A stretch of 64,000 bases of DNA from Myxococcales bacterium (GTDB lineage: Bacteria; Myxococcota; Myxococcia; Myxococcales; UBA5297): positions 78 through 64,077 of the forward strand of contig JAISIF010000071.1 in assembly GCA_031262165.1 (NCBI GenBank). The letters run 5' to 3'. The position numbers and the translations under genes were made by a program. Under the pieces are notes generated by a model, which made no database searches, was not told where the DNA came from, and saw only the letters and a program-made list of their open reading frames with translations. How positions within the stretch are numbered: position 1 is the first letter of the stretch; each line of letters starts with the position of its first letter. This document shows positions 25,601 through 34,182 of the stretch, piece by piece.

Positions 25601-25889
25601 GATGGCCGTCCTCTCGATCGAATCCATCTATAACAGCGCCCGCCTGACGGTGCCGGACATCGATGAGGATGGGGTGGTCGACGAGAATACACTCTTCAAG
25701 ACCGGTGACTCCTTCTGGCTCAACGTGGGGCTATCGGGCGCCTTCAAAGACGGTCGTCTGCGCTACTTCGTCGGTGTCAAGAACCTCCTGGACGATCGCG
25801 CGATGATGCCCGCGAGTGACGACGGCTATCTCTTGACCATCCCGAACTATGGACGCCGCCTCCAGCTCACGCTGACGGGCAGTTTCTGA
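22635..25889 (+). CDS. TonB-dependent outer-membrane receptor with an N-terminal TPR + 3x PEGA extension
   Basis: This lies in ORF 22560..25889. The ATG at 22635 follows AGAGG and gives the signal peptide MLSRFGRIFFSLTLALAFASA. A TPR-like segment precedes three PEGA-like units (LRIETTPPGAEIYID.., LVLDGSPEGAKVHLN.., LHVTANRDGALVSVND..). The plug follows (VTVISSDEIQAFGYSTLPEALRAVRGLYF..IEVIRGPVSAIYGSSAVFGAINIVT). A long beta-barrel ends in the aromatic terminus ..LTLTGSF. Confidence 0.85.
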   Translation: MLSRFGRIFFSLTLALAFASAELVNIPVALADNTSDEAELRFQRGVAFYKIREYEEALVEFFHSNRLVRNASTLINIARCYEQLRKFNEAFRYYDEYLAEVSDPAARKIAEDSIQRLAPRMATLRIETTPPGAEIYIDRKNLGSLGVTPKTLAIDPGKTTVILALPGHREVTQQVNLVLGTQARLESDLEFITGTLVLDGSPEGAKVHLNTGADDELLCTLPCEKVMAPGNHILSIAAEGHYSMQLPVAITPDARTTLTVDLQALPPVMGALHVTANRDGALVSVNDLAIGITPNVVHTLPVGTHKIRVTMRGMQPFEQEVVIKENDTSPLHAELRFAAEITTAATKSETTTSEAPASVTVISSDEIQAFGYSTLPEALRAVRGLYFSNDRMYESIGMRGISPPGGYNSRILILYNGHALNDAYTGQAYIGRDFSIDLADVERIEVIRGPVSAIYGSSAVFGAINIVTRSNLGDRNAEVTGSAGTSQTVSGRATGAYTSKNFDIIVSGGAYRSLNESNMSFDEARQLRPLQELPADTKLTNLENQDGERAYHADARVRLGDFTLQGYVNSRKKDLGTGNYTTAINRPGAFVNDLRGFIEGRFDKKMKQGDFSARFYFDVMNYNATYFYDVDPYDEEASSWWAGGELRYRTPEFLRQRLTIAIEYKHEDTEQWMQEIYPVFPQELLDGLKDPNQLKAFQDSLLSSPSGLPGMIERWDDLMIKTKRDIFSGSLSDEIRLGRHLTIHAGGRIDLYQYSPTECLMTNGDGSCQTFLQQVWLEGPDRETLLKDDDKNMDESHLRIAWSARMAFILHDIIQGGVTKLLGSTAFREPSVYELYFFDGATQIPNPYRLTKPEQIYSLELEHTQELTEELRFIASGYINWINRLVSMRKSEDKIMTVTADDGCEVYPCSATIQSTEELFQYANMEKTLRVEGAELGFRWKPGILSMLQLSYSFQHLTLPKDIENPETIEANMPNHMISLKAMVPLYSTMAVLSIESIYNSARLTVPDIDEDGVVDENTLFKTGDSFWLNVGLSGAFKDGRLRYFVGVKNLLDDRAMMPASDDGYLLTIPNYGRRLQLTLTGSF

Positions 25890-25913
25890 GGAATTCTCAG
25901 AAGCTGAAATGAA

Positions 25914-25954
25914 ACAGGGGCTCGGCATACTGGTCGCCGTGCCCCTGTTTTTTT
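25914..25954 (+). terminator. Rho-independent terminator after the TonB-dependent receptor gene
   Basis: The stem ACAGGGGC..GCCCCTGT is followed by TTTTTTT. Confidence 0.7.
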
Positions 25955-26267
25955 GTGCAAATCGAATTCGATTCCCGCAAGCGGGCCTGGGAAGAGAGAA
26001 TGCGCAGCACAAAAAAGCCCTCTCTCATTTGATGGGGGAGGGTCGAAGGGAAGCGAGGGGATGAAGGAGCGACGAATTGCTCATTTCAGAGCAATTCGAA
26101 TTGAAGTTGACGATCACTCCGGCCGGACGCCTCTACAATTCGATTCGGACGCGTCAATGGAATCGCAGGGGGCAGCTTGCTGCGCCCCTGCACAAGATTC
26201 TTAATCCCATTTCTCTGCCGTCATTTCGTCGATCCATGAATATCAATTCAAAACGCTATCGTTTCAC

Positions 26268-27869
26268 TCACCCCAGGTTCGGCCTGAGCAATGGAAACAG
26301 AATGACGTCTCGGATCGATGCCGAATCGGTGAGCAGCATGGCGAGCCGATCGATGCCGATGCCTTCGCCCGCTGTCGGCGGCATCCCGTGTTCGAGCGCG
26401 CGGACAAAGTCCTCGTCGAATGGCATGGCCTCGTCGTCGCCCGTGCGCTTGAGCTCCATCTGGTGTTCGAATCGCTTGCGCTGGTCGATGGGGTCGTTGA
26501 GCTCGGAGAAGGCATTGGCGAGCTCCATCCCAGCTGCGTAGAGCTCGAAGCGGTCGGTGACGCGTGGGTCGGTGTCGCTGCGGCGCGCGAGCGGCGAGAC
26601 CTCGATCGGGAAGTCGGTCACGAAGGTCGGCTTGCTTGGGTCGAGCGCCGGTTCCCCCAATGCCTCGAAGACTGTCGCGATCATCTCCCCAGCCGTCTTC
26701 TGACCTATCGCCTTGAACAGCAGGCCTATCGCCTCCTTGCTCGCCTTGTCCTCCGAGGCCTTGGCTGCGTGCGCCGCGCGCTCGATGGCCTCGCGCAGTC
26801 CCTCGCCCGAGAGCGCCTGTTCGCGCGTGAGAGAGAGCTTCTCTGCCACGGCATCGACCATCGACACGCGTGGGTAGGGAGCCGTGAAGTCGATGGGCGT
26901 GCCCTGGTAGGTCACCTTCGAATCGCCCGTCACCTCGCGCGCCACGGTCTCGAACAGCGATTCGGTCAGCGCCATCAGGTCGAGGTAGGTCGCATGCGCC
27001 CAGTAGAACTCGATGGTCGTGAACTCTGGGTTGTGGCGCCGGTCGATGCCCTCGTTGCGCCAAAGTCGACCAATCTCATAGACACGTTCGATGCCTCCCA
27101 CGACGAGCCGCTTGAGGTGCAGCTCGGTGGCGATGCGCAGCTTCAGGTCGAGGCCGAGCGCGTTGTGATGCGTCTGGAACGGTCGCGCCGTGGCACCACC
27201 GGCCTCCTCGGGCTTGTGCAGCGTGGGCGTCTCGACCTCCACGAAGTCGCGCGCATCGAGGAAGCGCTGGATGGCCCGCACCATCTTGGAGCGCTTGAGG
27301 AACGTCTCCTTCACGCCCGGCGTCACGATGAGATCGAGGTAGCGCTGGCGGCAGCGTGTCTCGATGTCGGTGAGGCCATGGAATTTTTCGGGCAGGGGGC
27401 GCAGCGCCTTGGTCAGTAGCTCGAAGTGCTCGGCCACGAGCGAGAGCTCTCCGGTCTTGGTGCGCGTGCAGCGGCCTTGGACACCGACGATGTCGCCCAT
27501 GTCGAGCAGCTTGTAGCGCTCGAAGGCTGCCTCCCCGAGGATGTCGCGCTTGATCCAGATCTGGAGACTGCCGCTGCGATCCTTGAGCCTGAGGAAGGCG
27601 GCCTTGCCAAACGAGCGGTTGGCCATGACGCGGCCCGCGATGGCGTAGGTGCCGCTTTTCTCCTCGACTTCTGCCGAGGTCGAAAGCGCACTGAGTTTCG
27701 CCTCGATGTCCGCCACGGTCGCGTCGGTCACGAAGCCATTGGCGTAAGGGTTGGACCCGAGCGCGCGCAGCTGTTCGGCCTTCTTGAGGCGCGCCTGAAA
27801 GATCTCCTGCTCTTTGAGCGACTCTTCAGAGGATGGGGGCGTCTGGGGTGATGTGGATTCGGTGCTCAT
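26268..27869 (-). CDS. lysS: Lysyl-tRNA synthetase, class II
   Basis: The track ORF 26268..27875 begins at a TTG; the first ATG (MSTEST..) is at 27869. There is an OB-fold N-terminal domain, and class II motifs include [20 protein letters not shown] and [13 protein letters not shown]. Confidence 0.95.
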   Translation of the reverse strand: MSTESTSPQTPPSSEESLKEQEIFQARLKKAEQLRALGSNPYANGFVTDATVADIEAKLSALSTSAEVEEKSGTYAIAGRVMANRSFGKAAFLRLKDRSGSLQIWIKRDILGEAAFERYKLLDMGDIVGVQGRCTRTKTGELSLVAEHFELLTKALRPLPEKFHGLTDIETRCRQRYLDLIVTPGVKETFLKRSKMVRAIQRFLDARDFVEVETPTLHKPEEAGGATARPFQTHHNALGLDLKLRIATELHLKRLVVGGIERVYEIGRLWRNEGIDRRHNPEFTTIEFYWAHATYLDLMALTESLFETVAREVTGDSKVTYQGTPIDFTAPYPRVSMVDAVAEKLSLTREQALSGEGLREAIERAAHAAKASEDKASKEAIGLLFKAIGQKTAGEMIATVFEALGEPALDPSKPTFVTDFPIEVSPLARRSDTDPRVTDRFELYAAGMELANAFSELNDPIDQRKRFEHQMELKRTGDDEAMPFDEDFVRALEHGMPPTAGEGIGIDRLAMLLTDSASIRDVILFPLLRPNLG

Positions 27870-28083
27870 CGGCAAAGGTTCCGTTCGGTCTGATGAATGT
27901 CTGCAGATTCGATTTCTCGAATGAAAAAGCCCTCTGGGAGCGAGGGGCGCGCGCCATACAGCGGGCTTCGAGGAAGCGTCAAGGAAGGGGGGGGGGCGAG
28001 GGAACAGCGGGGCAAGCGGGGTCTGGTGATTTCGCGCTGGAGGGCTGCGTTTGGAGGAGGGACACGCCGCAAGCCGGTAAATC

Positions 28084-28243
28084 AGGACGCATCCATCGAT
28101 TAGGACCGAGCAACCCGAAGGACGGGGAAAGCCAGAAGAGGCACGAGGCGGGAGCTTCCAGAGGGAAGTGAAGAGCGAAGCAACGAAGGCTGGCTTTTCA
28201 CGGACGAGCGAGGTGACGGGATAATTAAGGGATAGGTCCTAAG
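28084..28243 (+). mobile_element. Family-A MITE-like repeat, copy 2 (full length)
   Basis: Sequence: aggacgcatccatcgattaggaccgagcaac...ggaagtgaagagcgaagcaacgaaggctgg...gggataattaagggataggtcctaag. Confidence 0.85.
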
Positions 28244-28254
28244 TCCCAAGGGAT

Positions 28255-28470
28255 TACCCGTGAATAGCAATGGCCTTATCGAAAGCAATCATCGCTGCCG
28301 CCAATTCATATAAAGAAATATATAATGCGTCTGTCTTTTCATAGTGAGGAATCAATTTCTAAAAACGATTGAACCATTCCCTTGAAGTTTGAAATCAAAG
28401 ATTCTGCTTGGGCCCAGAATTCATCAGAGACTTCCCAAGTTTTGATGCGAGCCATGTTCACCTCTATACG
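28255..28470 (-). mobile_element. AT-rich remnant resembling an internally deleted IS5-family (DUF4096/IS427-like) transposase gene
   Basis: A 38-codon minus-strand ORF at 28339-28455 has the RBS AGAGGTG and reads MARIKTWEVSDEFWAQAESLI.., matching the conserved N-terminus (W-x-V-S-D-E-L-W-x3-E-x-L-L) of such transposases. A downstream frame reads ..TDALYISLYELAAAMIAFDKAIAIHG*, which resembles their C-terminal tail. Recognition is from memory only. Confidence 0.3.
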
Positions 28471-28580
28471 GGGAATGTCAGTCGAGGCGAGAGCTTCCAG
28501 ACGGAAGTGAAGAGCGAAGCAACGAAGACTGGCTTTTCACAGACAACTGGGGCGACGGGATAATGAAGGGATAAGTCCTT
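28471..28580 (+). mobile_element. Family-A MITE-like repeat, copy 3 (5'-truncated by about 45 bp)
   Basis: Sequence: gggaatgtcagtcgaggcgagagcttccagacggaagtgaagagcgaagcaacgaagactgg...gggataatgaagggataagtcctt. Confidence 0.8.
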
Positions 28581-28739
28581 AACAAAACCGTCCACCGAAA
28601 CTGAGCAGGGTCATGGGCTCGCGCGCCCGCACGGCGCTGCCGCCTTGCCTCTCGAAATCATCGCGCACTCATTGCCGTTCTCCAGCCCCCCGCCACATCT
28701 GCCTTTCATCTCTCGTCACAAAACCAAGGAGGCCTCCCC

Positions 28740-29486
28740 ATGTCACAAGCGCTCTCGTGGATTGCCGTCGTCTTGGCCGCCACTGCCCTCATCGTCGCCT
28801 TCATGGCAGGCCCCTCTGGTCCGCCAGCCTCGTCGCGTGGCGAGGTGAGTGCCAGGGACATCCACTCGATCCGGGATCGATTGGACGCGCTGGAGTCGTC
28901 GTTCGCGCAGCTCGAGGCACGCGCCGACGATCGTGGCGCCATGCCAGGTGCGGCGCGATCTGCCCTCGCCCCCGCCCCCTCCTCGATGAGCGGCGCTGAC
29001 ACACGCACGCTCTCCACTCAGATTTCGGCCCTGCGCCGCGACGTGGACCGCCTGCTCTCGACGAACCCCTCGACGTCTTCCGAGGGGCGCGAGCAATTCA
29101 AGTCCGCCGTCGCCTCCGCACAGCACGAGATACTGGCCACACGCTTTCGCCAGCATCAGGAACGCATGAACGCCGATCGGTTGGAGCGCCTGGATCGCTT
29201 CGCCGTGGAGCAGGGCCTGTCCTCGGGGCAGGCCGATGATCTCCGGCGCGTGCTCGAGGAGAACATGCGGACGATGCAGGAAAACATGCAGGCCATGTGG
29301 AGCGGTGAAGGCCGCATGGAGCCGCACGAGCGACGCCAGCTGTTGGAGGCACAGCGCGAGTCACTTCAAAATGCCGTGAACCAGATCTTGAGCCCGGAAC
29401 AGGCCCAGAAGTTCGAACAGGAGATCGTGCCGCCAGCCCGCTCCCTGCGCGGGCCGCCACCGCCGCCGATGGCGATGGAGCCCTGA
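28740..29486 (+). CDS. Membrane-anchored coiled-coil protein of unknown function (weak LTxxQ/Spy-CpxP-like motif)
   Basis: There is an N-terminal TM helix (WIAVVLAATALIVAFMAG), long helical Arg/Glu/Gln-rich segments, and the motif ILSPEQAQKFEQ near the C-terminus. Codon usage is GC3-rich. Confidence 0.5.
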   Translation: MSQALSWIAVVLAATALIVAFMAGPSGPPASSRGEVSARDIHSIRDRLDALESSFAQLEARADDRGAMPGAARSALAPAPSSMSGADTRTLSTQISALRRDVDRLLSTNPSTSSEGREQFKSAVASAQHEILATRFRQHQERMNADRLERLDRFAVEQGLSSGQADDLRRVLEENMRTMQENMQAMWSGEGRMEPHERRQLLEAQRESLQNAVNQILSPEQAQKFEQEIVPPARSLRGPPPPPMAMEP

Positions 29487-29491
29487 CCTCC

Positions 29492-30400
29492 ATGCGGCTC
29501 GATCCCCTGCTCGACCTGTTTCTGGACTTCCTCAAGACCGAACGCGGCCTCTCGACCAACACGCTGGAGGCCTATGCCCACGACCTGCGCGACTACCTGG
29601 ACGCGCTGGAGGCAGCGGGTGTCGATGGCGACAGCGATGGCGGGATCGAGGCCATCCAGCCACAGGACGTGGAGCGCCACCTGACGCAGTTGCACGAGCG
29701 CGGGCTCACGCAGCGATCCATGGCGCGCCACCTCGCCGCGGTGCGCGGCTTCCACCGGTTCCTGCTGCGCGAGCGCTACTCGAAGATCGATCCGACCGAG
29801 AACGTCGAGACGCCGCGCGTGCGGCGCAACCTGCCCATGTTCCTGTCTCTGGAAGAGGTCGACGCGCTGCTCGCGCTCCCAGATCTCTCGACGCCGACCG
29901 GCCAGCGCGATCGCGCCATCCTCGAAGTGCTCTACGCCTCTGGCTTGCGCGTCTCCGAGCTGTGCGGCCTCTCGACGCAGGACGTGAACCTGCGCGACGG
30001 CTTCCTCATCGCACGGGGCAAGGGCAGCAAGGAGCGGCTTGTTCCGCTCGGTGACCTCGCCATCGACGCGCTGCGCAACTGGCTCGACGGCGGACGCGCG
30101 CTCCTGCCAAAGGCCGACACCTCGACGGCCATCTTCCTCGGGCCACGCGGAACGGCGCTCACGCGCCAGGCCATCTGGAAAATCATCCGTCGATGTGCGC
30201 TTGCCGCGGGCATCGCCAAACCGCTCTCGCCCCACAAGCTGCGCCACAGCTTCGCGACCCACCTGCTCGAACACGGCGCCGATCTGCGCGCAGTCCAGTC
30301 CATGCTGGGCCACGCCGATATCTCGACCACCCAAATCTACACGCACGTCGATCGCACCCAGGTGCGCAAGGCCTACGACAAAGCCCACCCACGCGCGTGA
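29492..30400 (+). CDS. xerD: Tyrosine recombinase XerD
   Basis: Matching segments: LSTNTLEAYAHDLRDY, DRAILEVLYASGLRVSEL, GKGSKERLVPLG, HKLRHSFATHLLEHGADLRAVQSMLGHADISTTQIYTHV. The C-terminal ..HPRA matches E. coli XerD. Confidence 0.88.
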   Translation: MRLDPLLDLFLDFLKTERGLSTNTLEAYAHDLRDYLDALEAAGVDGDSDGGIEAIQPQDVERHLTQLHERGLTQRSMARHLAAVRGFHRFLLRERYSKIDPTENVETPRVRRNLPMFLSLEEVDALLALPDLSTPTGQRDRAILEVLYASGLRVSELCGLSTQDVNLRDGFLIARGKGSKERLVPLGDLAIDALRNWLDGGRALLPKADTSTAIFLGPRGTALTRQAIWKIIRRCALAAGIAKPLSPHKLRHSFATHLLEHGADLRAVQSMLGHADISTTQIYTHVDRTQVRKAYDKAHPRA

Positions 30401-30462
30401 AGTCGCCCCTTCCCCCCCTTTCTTTCCCGGGCCGCGAGGCCAGGAGAGGGAGAACTTTTCTG

Positions 30463-33400
30463 ATGCCCCGCTCCACTTCCACCGCTGCCCTGCTCTCCCT
30501 GTTCGACCAACGCGTGCTCCTCATCGATGGCGCCATGGGCACCTGCCTGCAACGGCTCGAGCTGACTGCCGATGACTTTGGCGGAAGCGCACGCGAGGGC
30601 TGCAACGAGGCGCTCCTGCTCACGCGGCCCGACCTCATCGCCGAGATCCACGCGCGCTACTTCGAGGCAGGCGCGGACATCGTCGAGACCAACACGTTCG
30701 GTGCCACGCCGCTCGTGCTCGCCGAATATGGACTGGCCGAACAGGCCCGTAAGATCAGTCACATCGGTGCCCAGGTCGCGCGGGCAGCAGCAGATCGATT
30801 CTCGACGACACAGCGCCCCCGCTTTGTCGCTGGTTCGATGGGGCCGACCACGTGTGCCCTCTCGATCGCCCGGACCCTCGGCTTCGAAGAGCTCGTCGGC
30901 CACTACACTGAACAGGCCATTGGACTTCACGAGGGAGGCATCGACTACTTCCTCGTCGAGACGTGCCAGGACACGCTGAACCTCAAGGCCGCGCTCGTCG
31001 CCATCCATCGCTTGTTCGAGCAGGGCTTTGCGCGCATCCCCATTGCAGTCAGTGCCACGCTCGAAGCCTCTGGCCAGATGCTCGCTGGCCAGTCGGCGGC
31101 AGCACTCGCCCACACCCTCGCGCCGTTCGACCTACTCTACGTCGGCCTCAACTGCGGCGCTGGCGTGGAAGGCCTGGCACCACACCTGTCAGCGCTCGCT
31201 CTTGCGACCAAAACACGTATCGGCCTGATGCCGAACGCTGGGTTGCCCGACGAGACGGGCGGCTACGCACAGTCACCTGAATCTTTTGCGCACGCCATCG
31301 AGGCGATCTGTGGCCAGGGCGCGCTCAACCTCGTCGGTGGCTGTTGCGGCACGAGCCCGGAGCACATCCGCGCACTCAGCAATCGTCTAGATCGCTTCAC
31401 ACCGCATTCGGCCCATCATCGGCCATCGATCCCATCGCGCGCTTCGTTCCTCACCGGCATCGACGTGGTCGAAATCGACGACACCACGCGCCCGATCATC
31501 GCTGGTGAGCGCTCCAATGCGCTTGGCTACAAAGCCTTTCGCGAGCTCATCAGCGCCAACGACTTCGAGGCTGCTGCTGACTTTGCCAGGCGCCAACTCA
31601 GCGAGGGCGCACACCTTCTCGATGTGGCCGTTCAGCAGGCCGATCGCGATGAAGCGCACGACATGGAACGTTTGTTCGCTTGCCTGGCGCCGCGCACCCG
31701 ATCGCCTCTGATGATCGATTCGACGAACGCTCAGGCAGTTGCCCGTGCGCTCGAACACTGTCAGGGCAAGGCGATCGTGAACTCGGCCAACCTCGAAGCG
31801 GGCGAGGCGCGCTTCCTCGAAATGGCGCGCGTGGCCAAGCAGTTCGGCGCAGCGCTCGTCGTTGGACTCATCGACGAGTCGGGCATGGCCATCGATGTCG
31901 ACCGCAAACTCGAGATCGCCGCGCGCGCCATTGGCCTGCTCGAAGCGATCGGGTTCGATCGAGCTGACCTCTATGTCGACGCGCTCGTGTTTCCGTGCGC
32001 CTCTGCCGATCCCGCCTACCTGGGCGCAGCACGCGAAACAACCAAGGCAATCGCCGAGATCAAGCGCCAGTTCCCTGGCATCCGAACGGCCCTGGGCATC
32101 TCGAACGTGAGCTTTGGCCTGCCGGTCGAGGCGCGCGCCATCGTGGCCGCCCACTTCTTCCAATCGTGCGCTCAGGCAGGACTCGATCTGGCCATTGCCA
32201 ACCCAGCGCGGATTCACCTCGACCTGAGCCAGGGACCAGCCGCGATCGTCGAAGCTGCCACCGAACTGCTCGACATCGACCGCCACGATCCAGATGGCTT
32301 TCAGACCTGGAAGCAGCGCATCGTCGATCTCGTCGCGCTCGTTCGAGAGCAGTCACCGGCGACCAACAAGAGTGCCAAGATCGTCGAGAGCCTCACCCCC
32401 GAAGCGCGCATCACCCGCTGCGTTGCCCAAGGCACCAAGGATTGGCTCATCGACGCGCTGGACGCGGCGATCCAGCAGGGCGCAATGCCGATGGCGCTCG
32501 TGAATGGCCCGCTGATGGCTGGCATGGACGAGGTGGGTCAACGCTTCAAGGCAGGCGAGCGCATCGTCGTGGAGGTGCTCCAGAGCGCCGAGGTCATGAA
32601 GGCTGCCATGACGCATCTCGAGTCGAAACTCGGCGCTGACGCGACCTCGACCCGGCGCGGCCGCCTGCTGCTCGCGACGGTCAAAGGCGATGTCCACGAC
32701 ATCGGCAAGAACCTCGTGTCGATGCTCTTTTCGAGCAACGGCTTCGAGGTCATCGATCTCGGCATCAAGGTGGAGGACGCGGCCATCGTGACTGCGGCGC
32801 TCGAACACCAGCCCGACGTGATCGGCCTGTCTGGCCTGCTCGTGAAGTCCGCGCTCCAGATGCTCGACACCGCTCGTGCGCTCGATGCAGCAGGCGTGCG
32901 CTGTCCCCTGATGGTCGGCGGCGCAGCGCTCTCACAGGGCTTCGTGGATCGGCGACTTCAGCCAGCCTACGCGGGCTCCGCCCTCTACGCACGCGACGCC
33001 ATGCACGGGCTCACTCTGGCGCAGAAGATCGTGAAAACGGACGATGTCGAGGCGCGGCATGCCATGCCTTGCGCAAACGAATCGCTGGACACGAACATCG
33101 AAGTGGCCAGCCGTGGCCCGACGCGAGTGCTCTGTTCCGCAATCGAAGCGCTGAGCGAACTTCCGACCCCGCCCGACTTCGAGCGCCATCTGGTGGAGCT
33201 TAAGCCCGACGAGATCTGCAAGTGGCTCAACCCGACCATGCTCTATGGCCATCACCTCGGCTTGCGCGGTGATTTCCTCAGCCGCATCGACGCGATGACC
33301 GAGACGGATCTCGACGACAAAGCGCGATCTGTCCGACGCGAAATCGAAGCCGTCCAACGACTCTTCGAGGCGCGAGGGATCAGGGCCAAGGCCGTCTATC

Positions 33401-33954
33401 GCTTTGTCCGAGCTCAACGCTGCGGCGACAAGATCCGCCTCGATTCTGGCGAACTCGACTTCCCGCGCTTCGAAGTCTCTTCCTCTGACCGCTGCCTCGC
33501 CGACTTCGTGTCCACGCGTGAGGACTCGATCGCGCTGTTTGCCGTGACGGCTGGCCAAGGCGTTGCTGCACTGTCCGAAGAGCTTTGCGCAAACGGTGAG
33601 CTCCTCAAATCCCACCTCGTCCAGACGCTCGCGCTCGCAATGGCCGAAGCCGCTGCCGAGTGGACGCACGCCCGCATCCGCAGTGAGTGGGGATTGGAGC
33701 CAGCCATCTCCAAACCAGATGCGACGAGCAGACGTGCGATCCTTGCGGGCAACTATCGCGGAGGTCGCTTCTCGCCCGGCTATCGCGCCTGCCCAGATCT
33801 CAAACTCCAAGAGCCGCTGTTCGATCTGCTCGAACCCAGCGCCATCGGCATCAGCCTGACGGAGAACTGGATGATGCAGCCCGAGGCAAGCGTATCGGCC
33901 TTTGTGTTTCATCACCCGCAATCGGGACGGCGCACCGGATTAAAATCATTATAG
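30463..33954 (+). CDS. metH: Cobalamin-dependent methionine synthase
   Basis: This lies in ORF 30193..33954. The ATG at 30463 follows GGAGAGGGA. The domains are a homocysteine-binding domain, a pterin-binding domain, a B12-binding domain with GDVHDIGKN (DxHxxG), and a C-terminal AdoMet activation domain. Confidence 0.95.
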   Translation: MPRSTSTAALLSLFDQRVLLIDGAMGTCLQRLELTADDFGGSAREGCNEALLLTRPDLIAEIHARYFEAGADIVETNTFGATPLVLAEYGLAEQARKISHIGAQVARAAADRFSTTQRPRFVAGSMGPTTCALSIARTLGFEELVGHYTEQAIGLHEGGIDYFLVETCQDTLNLKAALVAIHRLFEQGFARIPIAVSATLEASGQMLAGQSAAALAHTLAPFDLLYVGLNCGAGVEGLAPHLSALALATKTRIGLMPNAGLPDETGGYAQSPESFAHAIEAICGQGALNLVGGCCGTSPEHIRALSNRLDRFTPHSAHHRPSIPSRASFLTGIDVVEIDDTTRPIIAGERSNALGYKAFRELISANDFEAAADFARRQLSEGAHLLDVAVQQADRDEAHDMERLFACLAPRTRSPLMIDSTNAQAVARALEHCQGKAIVNSANLEAGEARFLEMARVAKQFGAALVVGLIDESGMAIDVDRKLEIAARAIGLLEAIGFDRADLYVDALVFPCASADPAYLGAARETTKAIAEIKRQFPGIRTALGISNVSFGLPVEARAIVAAHFFQSCAQAGLDLAIANPARIHLDLSQGPAAIVEAATELLDIDRHDPDGFQTWKQRIVDLVALVREQSPATNKSAKIVESLTPEARITRCVAQGTKDWLIDALDAAIQQGAMPMALVNGPLMAGMDEVGQRFKAGERIVVEVLQSAEVMKAAMTHLESKLGADATSTRRGRLLLATVKGDVHDIGKNLVSMLFSSNGFEVIDLGIKVEDAAIVTAALEHQPDVIGLSGLLVKSALQMLDTARALDAAGVRCPLMVGGAALSQGFVDRRLQPAYAGSALYARDAMHGLTLAQKIVKTDDVEARHAMPCANESLDTNIEVASRGPTRVLCSAIEALSELPTPPDFERHLVELKPDEICKWLNPTMLYGHHLGLRGDFLSRIDAMTETDLDDKARSVRREIEAVQRLFEARGIRAKAVYRFVRAQRCGDKIRLDSGELDFPRFEVSSSDRCLADFVSTREDSIALFAVTAGQGVAALSEELCANGELLKSHLVQTLALAMAEAAAEWTHARIRSEWGLEPAISKPDATSRRAILAGNYRGGRFSPGYRACPDLKLQEPLFDLLEPSAIGISLTENWMMQPEASVSAFVFHHPQSGRRTGLKSL

Positions 33955-34182
33955 ATATTATAATATATCAAGGTGACATCGATATACTTACAAACAATCA
34001 TTATTTCATGACTTGCTCGATAGATTTCAGAGAATGCGCATCAGCATTTACGAAATAAATATTTAGAATATTTTCATTCATTTGGCAGACGGACGTTGCA
34101 CGCAACGCCCCTACACCATTCGTTCAAATGCCAAATGAAATTGATCTCGCGTTCAATCGATTTGAATTCGATTCAATTTAAT

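Noticed and set aside
26165-26189. Imperfect GC hairpin (GCAGGGGGCAGC-tt-GCTGCGCCCCTGC) downstream of lysS as a terminator
   Set aside because: It may be a terminator, but the stem has a bulge and no U tract follows on the lysS strand. That is not strong enough to list as a feature.
29492-30400. Tyrosine recombinase as marker of an integrated mobile element
   Set aside because: The sequence is collinear with chromosomal XerD through to the ..HPRA C-terminus. Its flanks are housekeeping genes of host-like composition, and no att-like repeats are visible.
30401-30462. Cobalamin riboswitch upstream of metH
   Set aside because: Only 62 nt separate the xerD stop from the metH start. That is too short for a B12 riboswitch, and no B12-box-like sequence is visible. 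MetH, the B12-dependent enzyme, is not the usual target of such riboswitches anyway.
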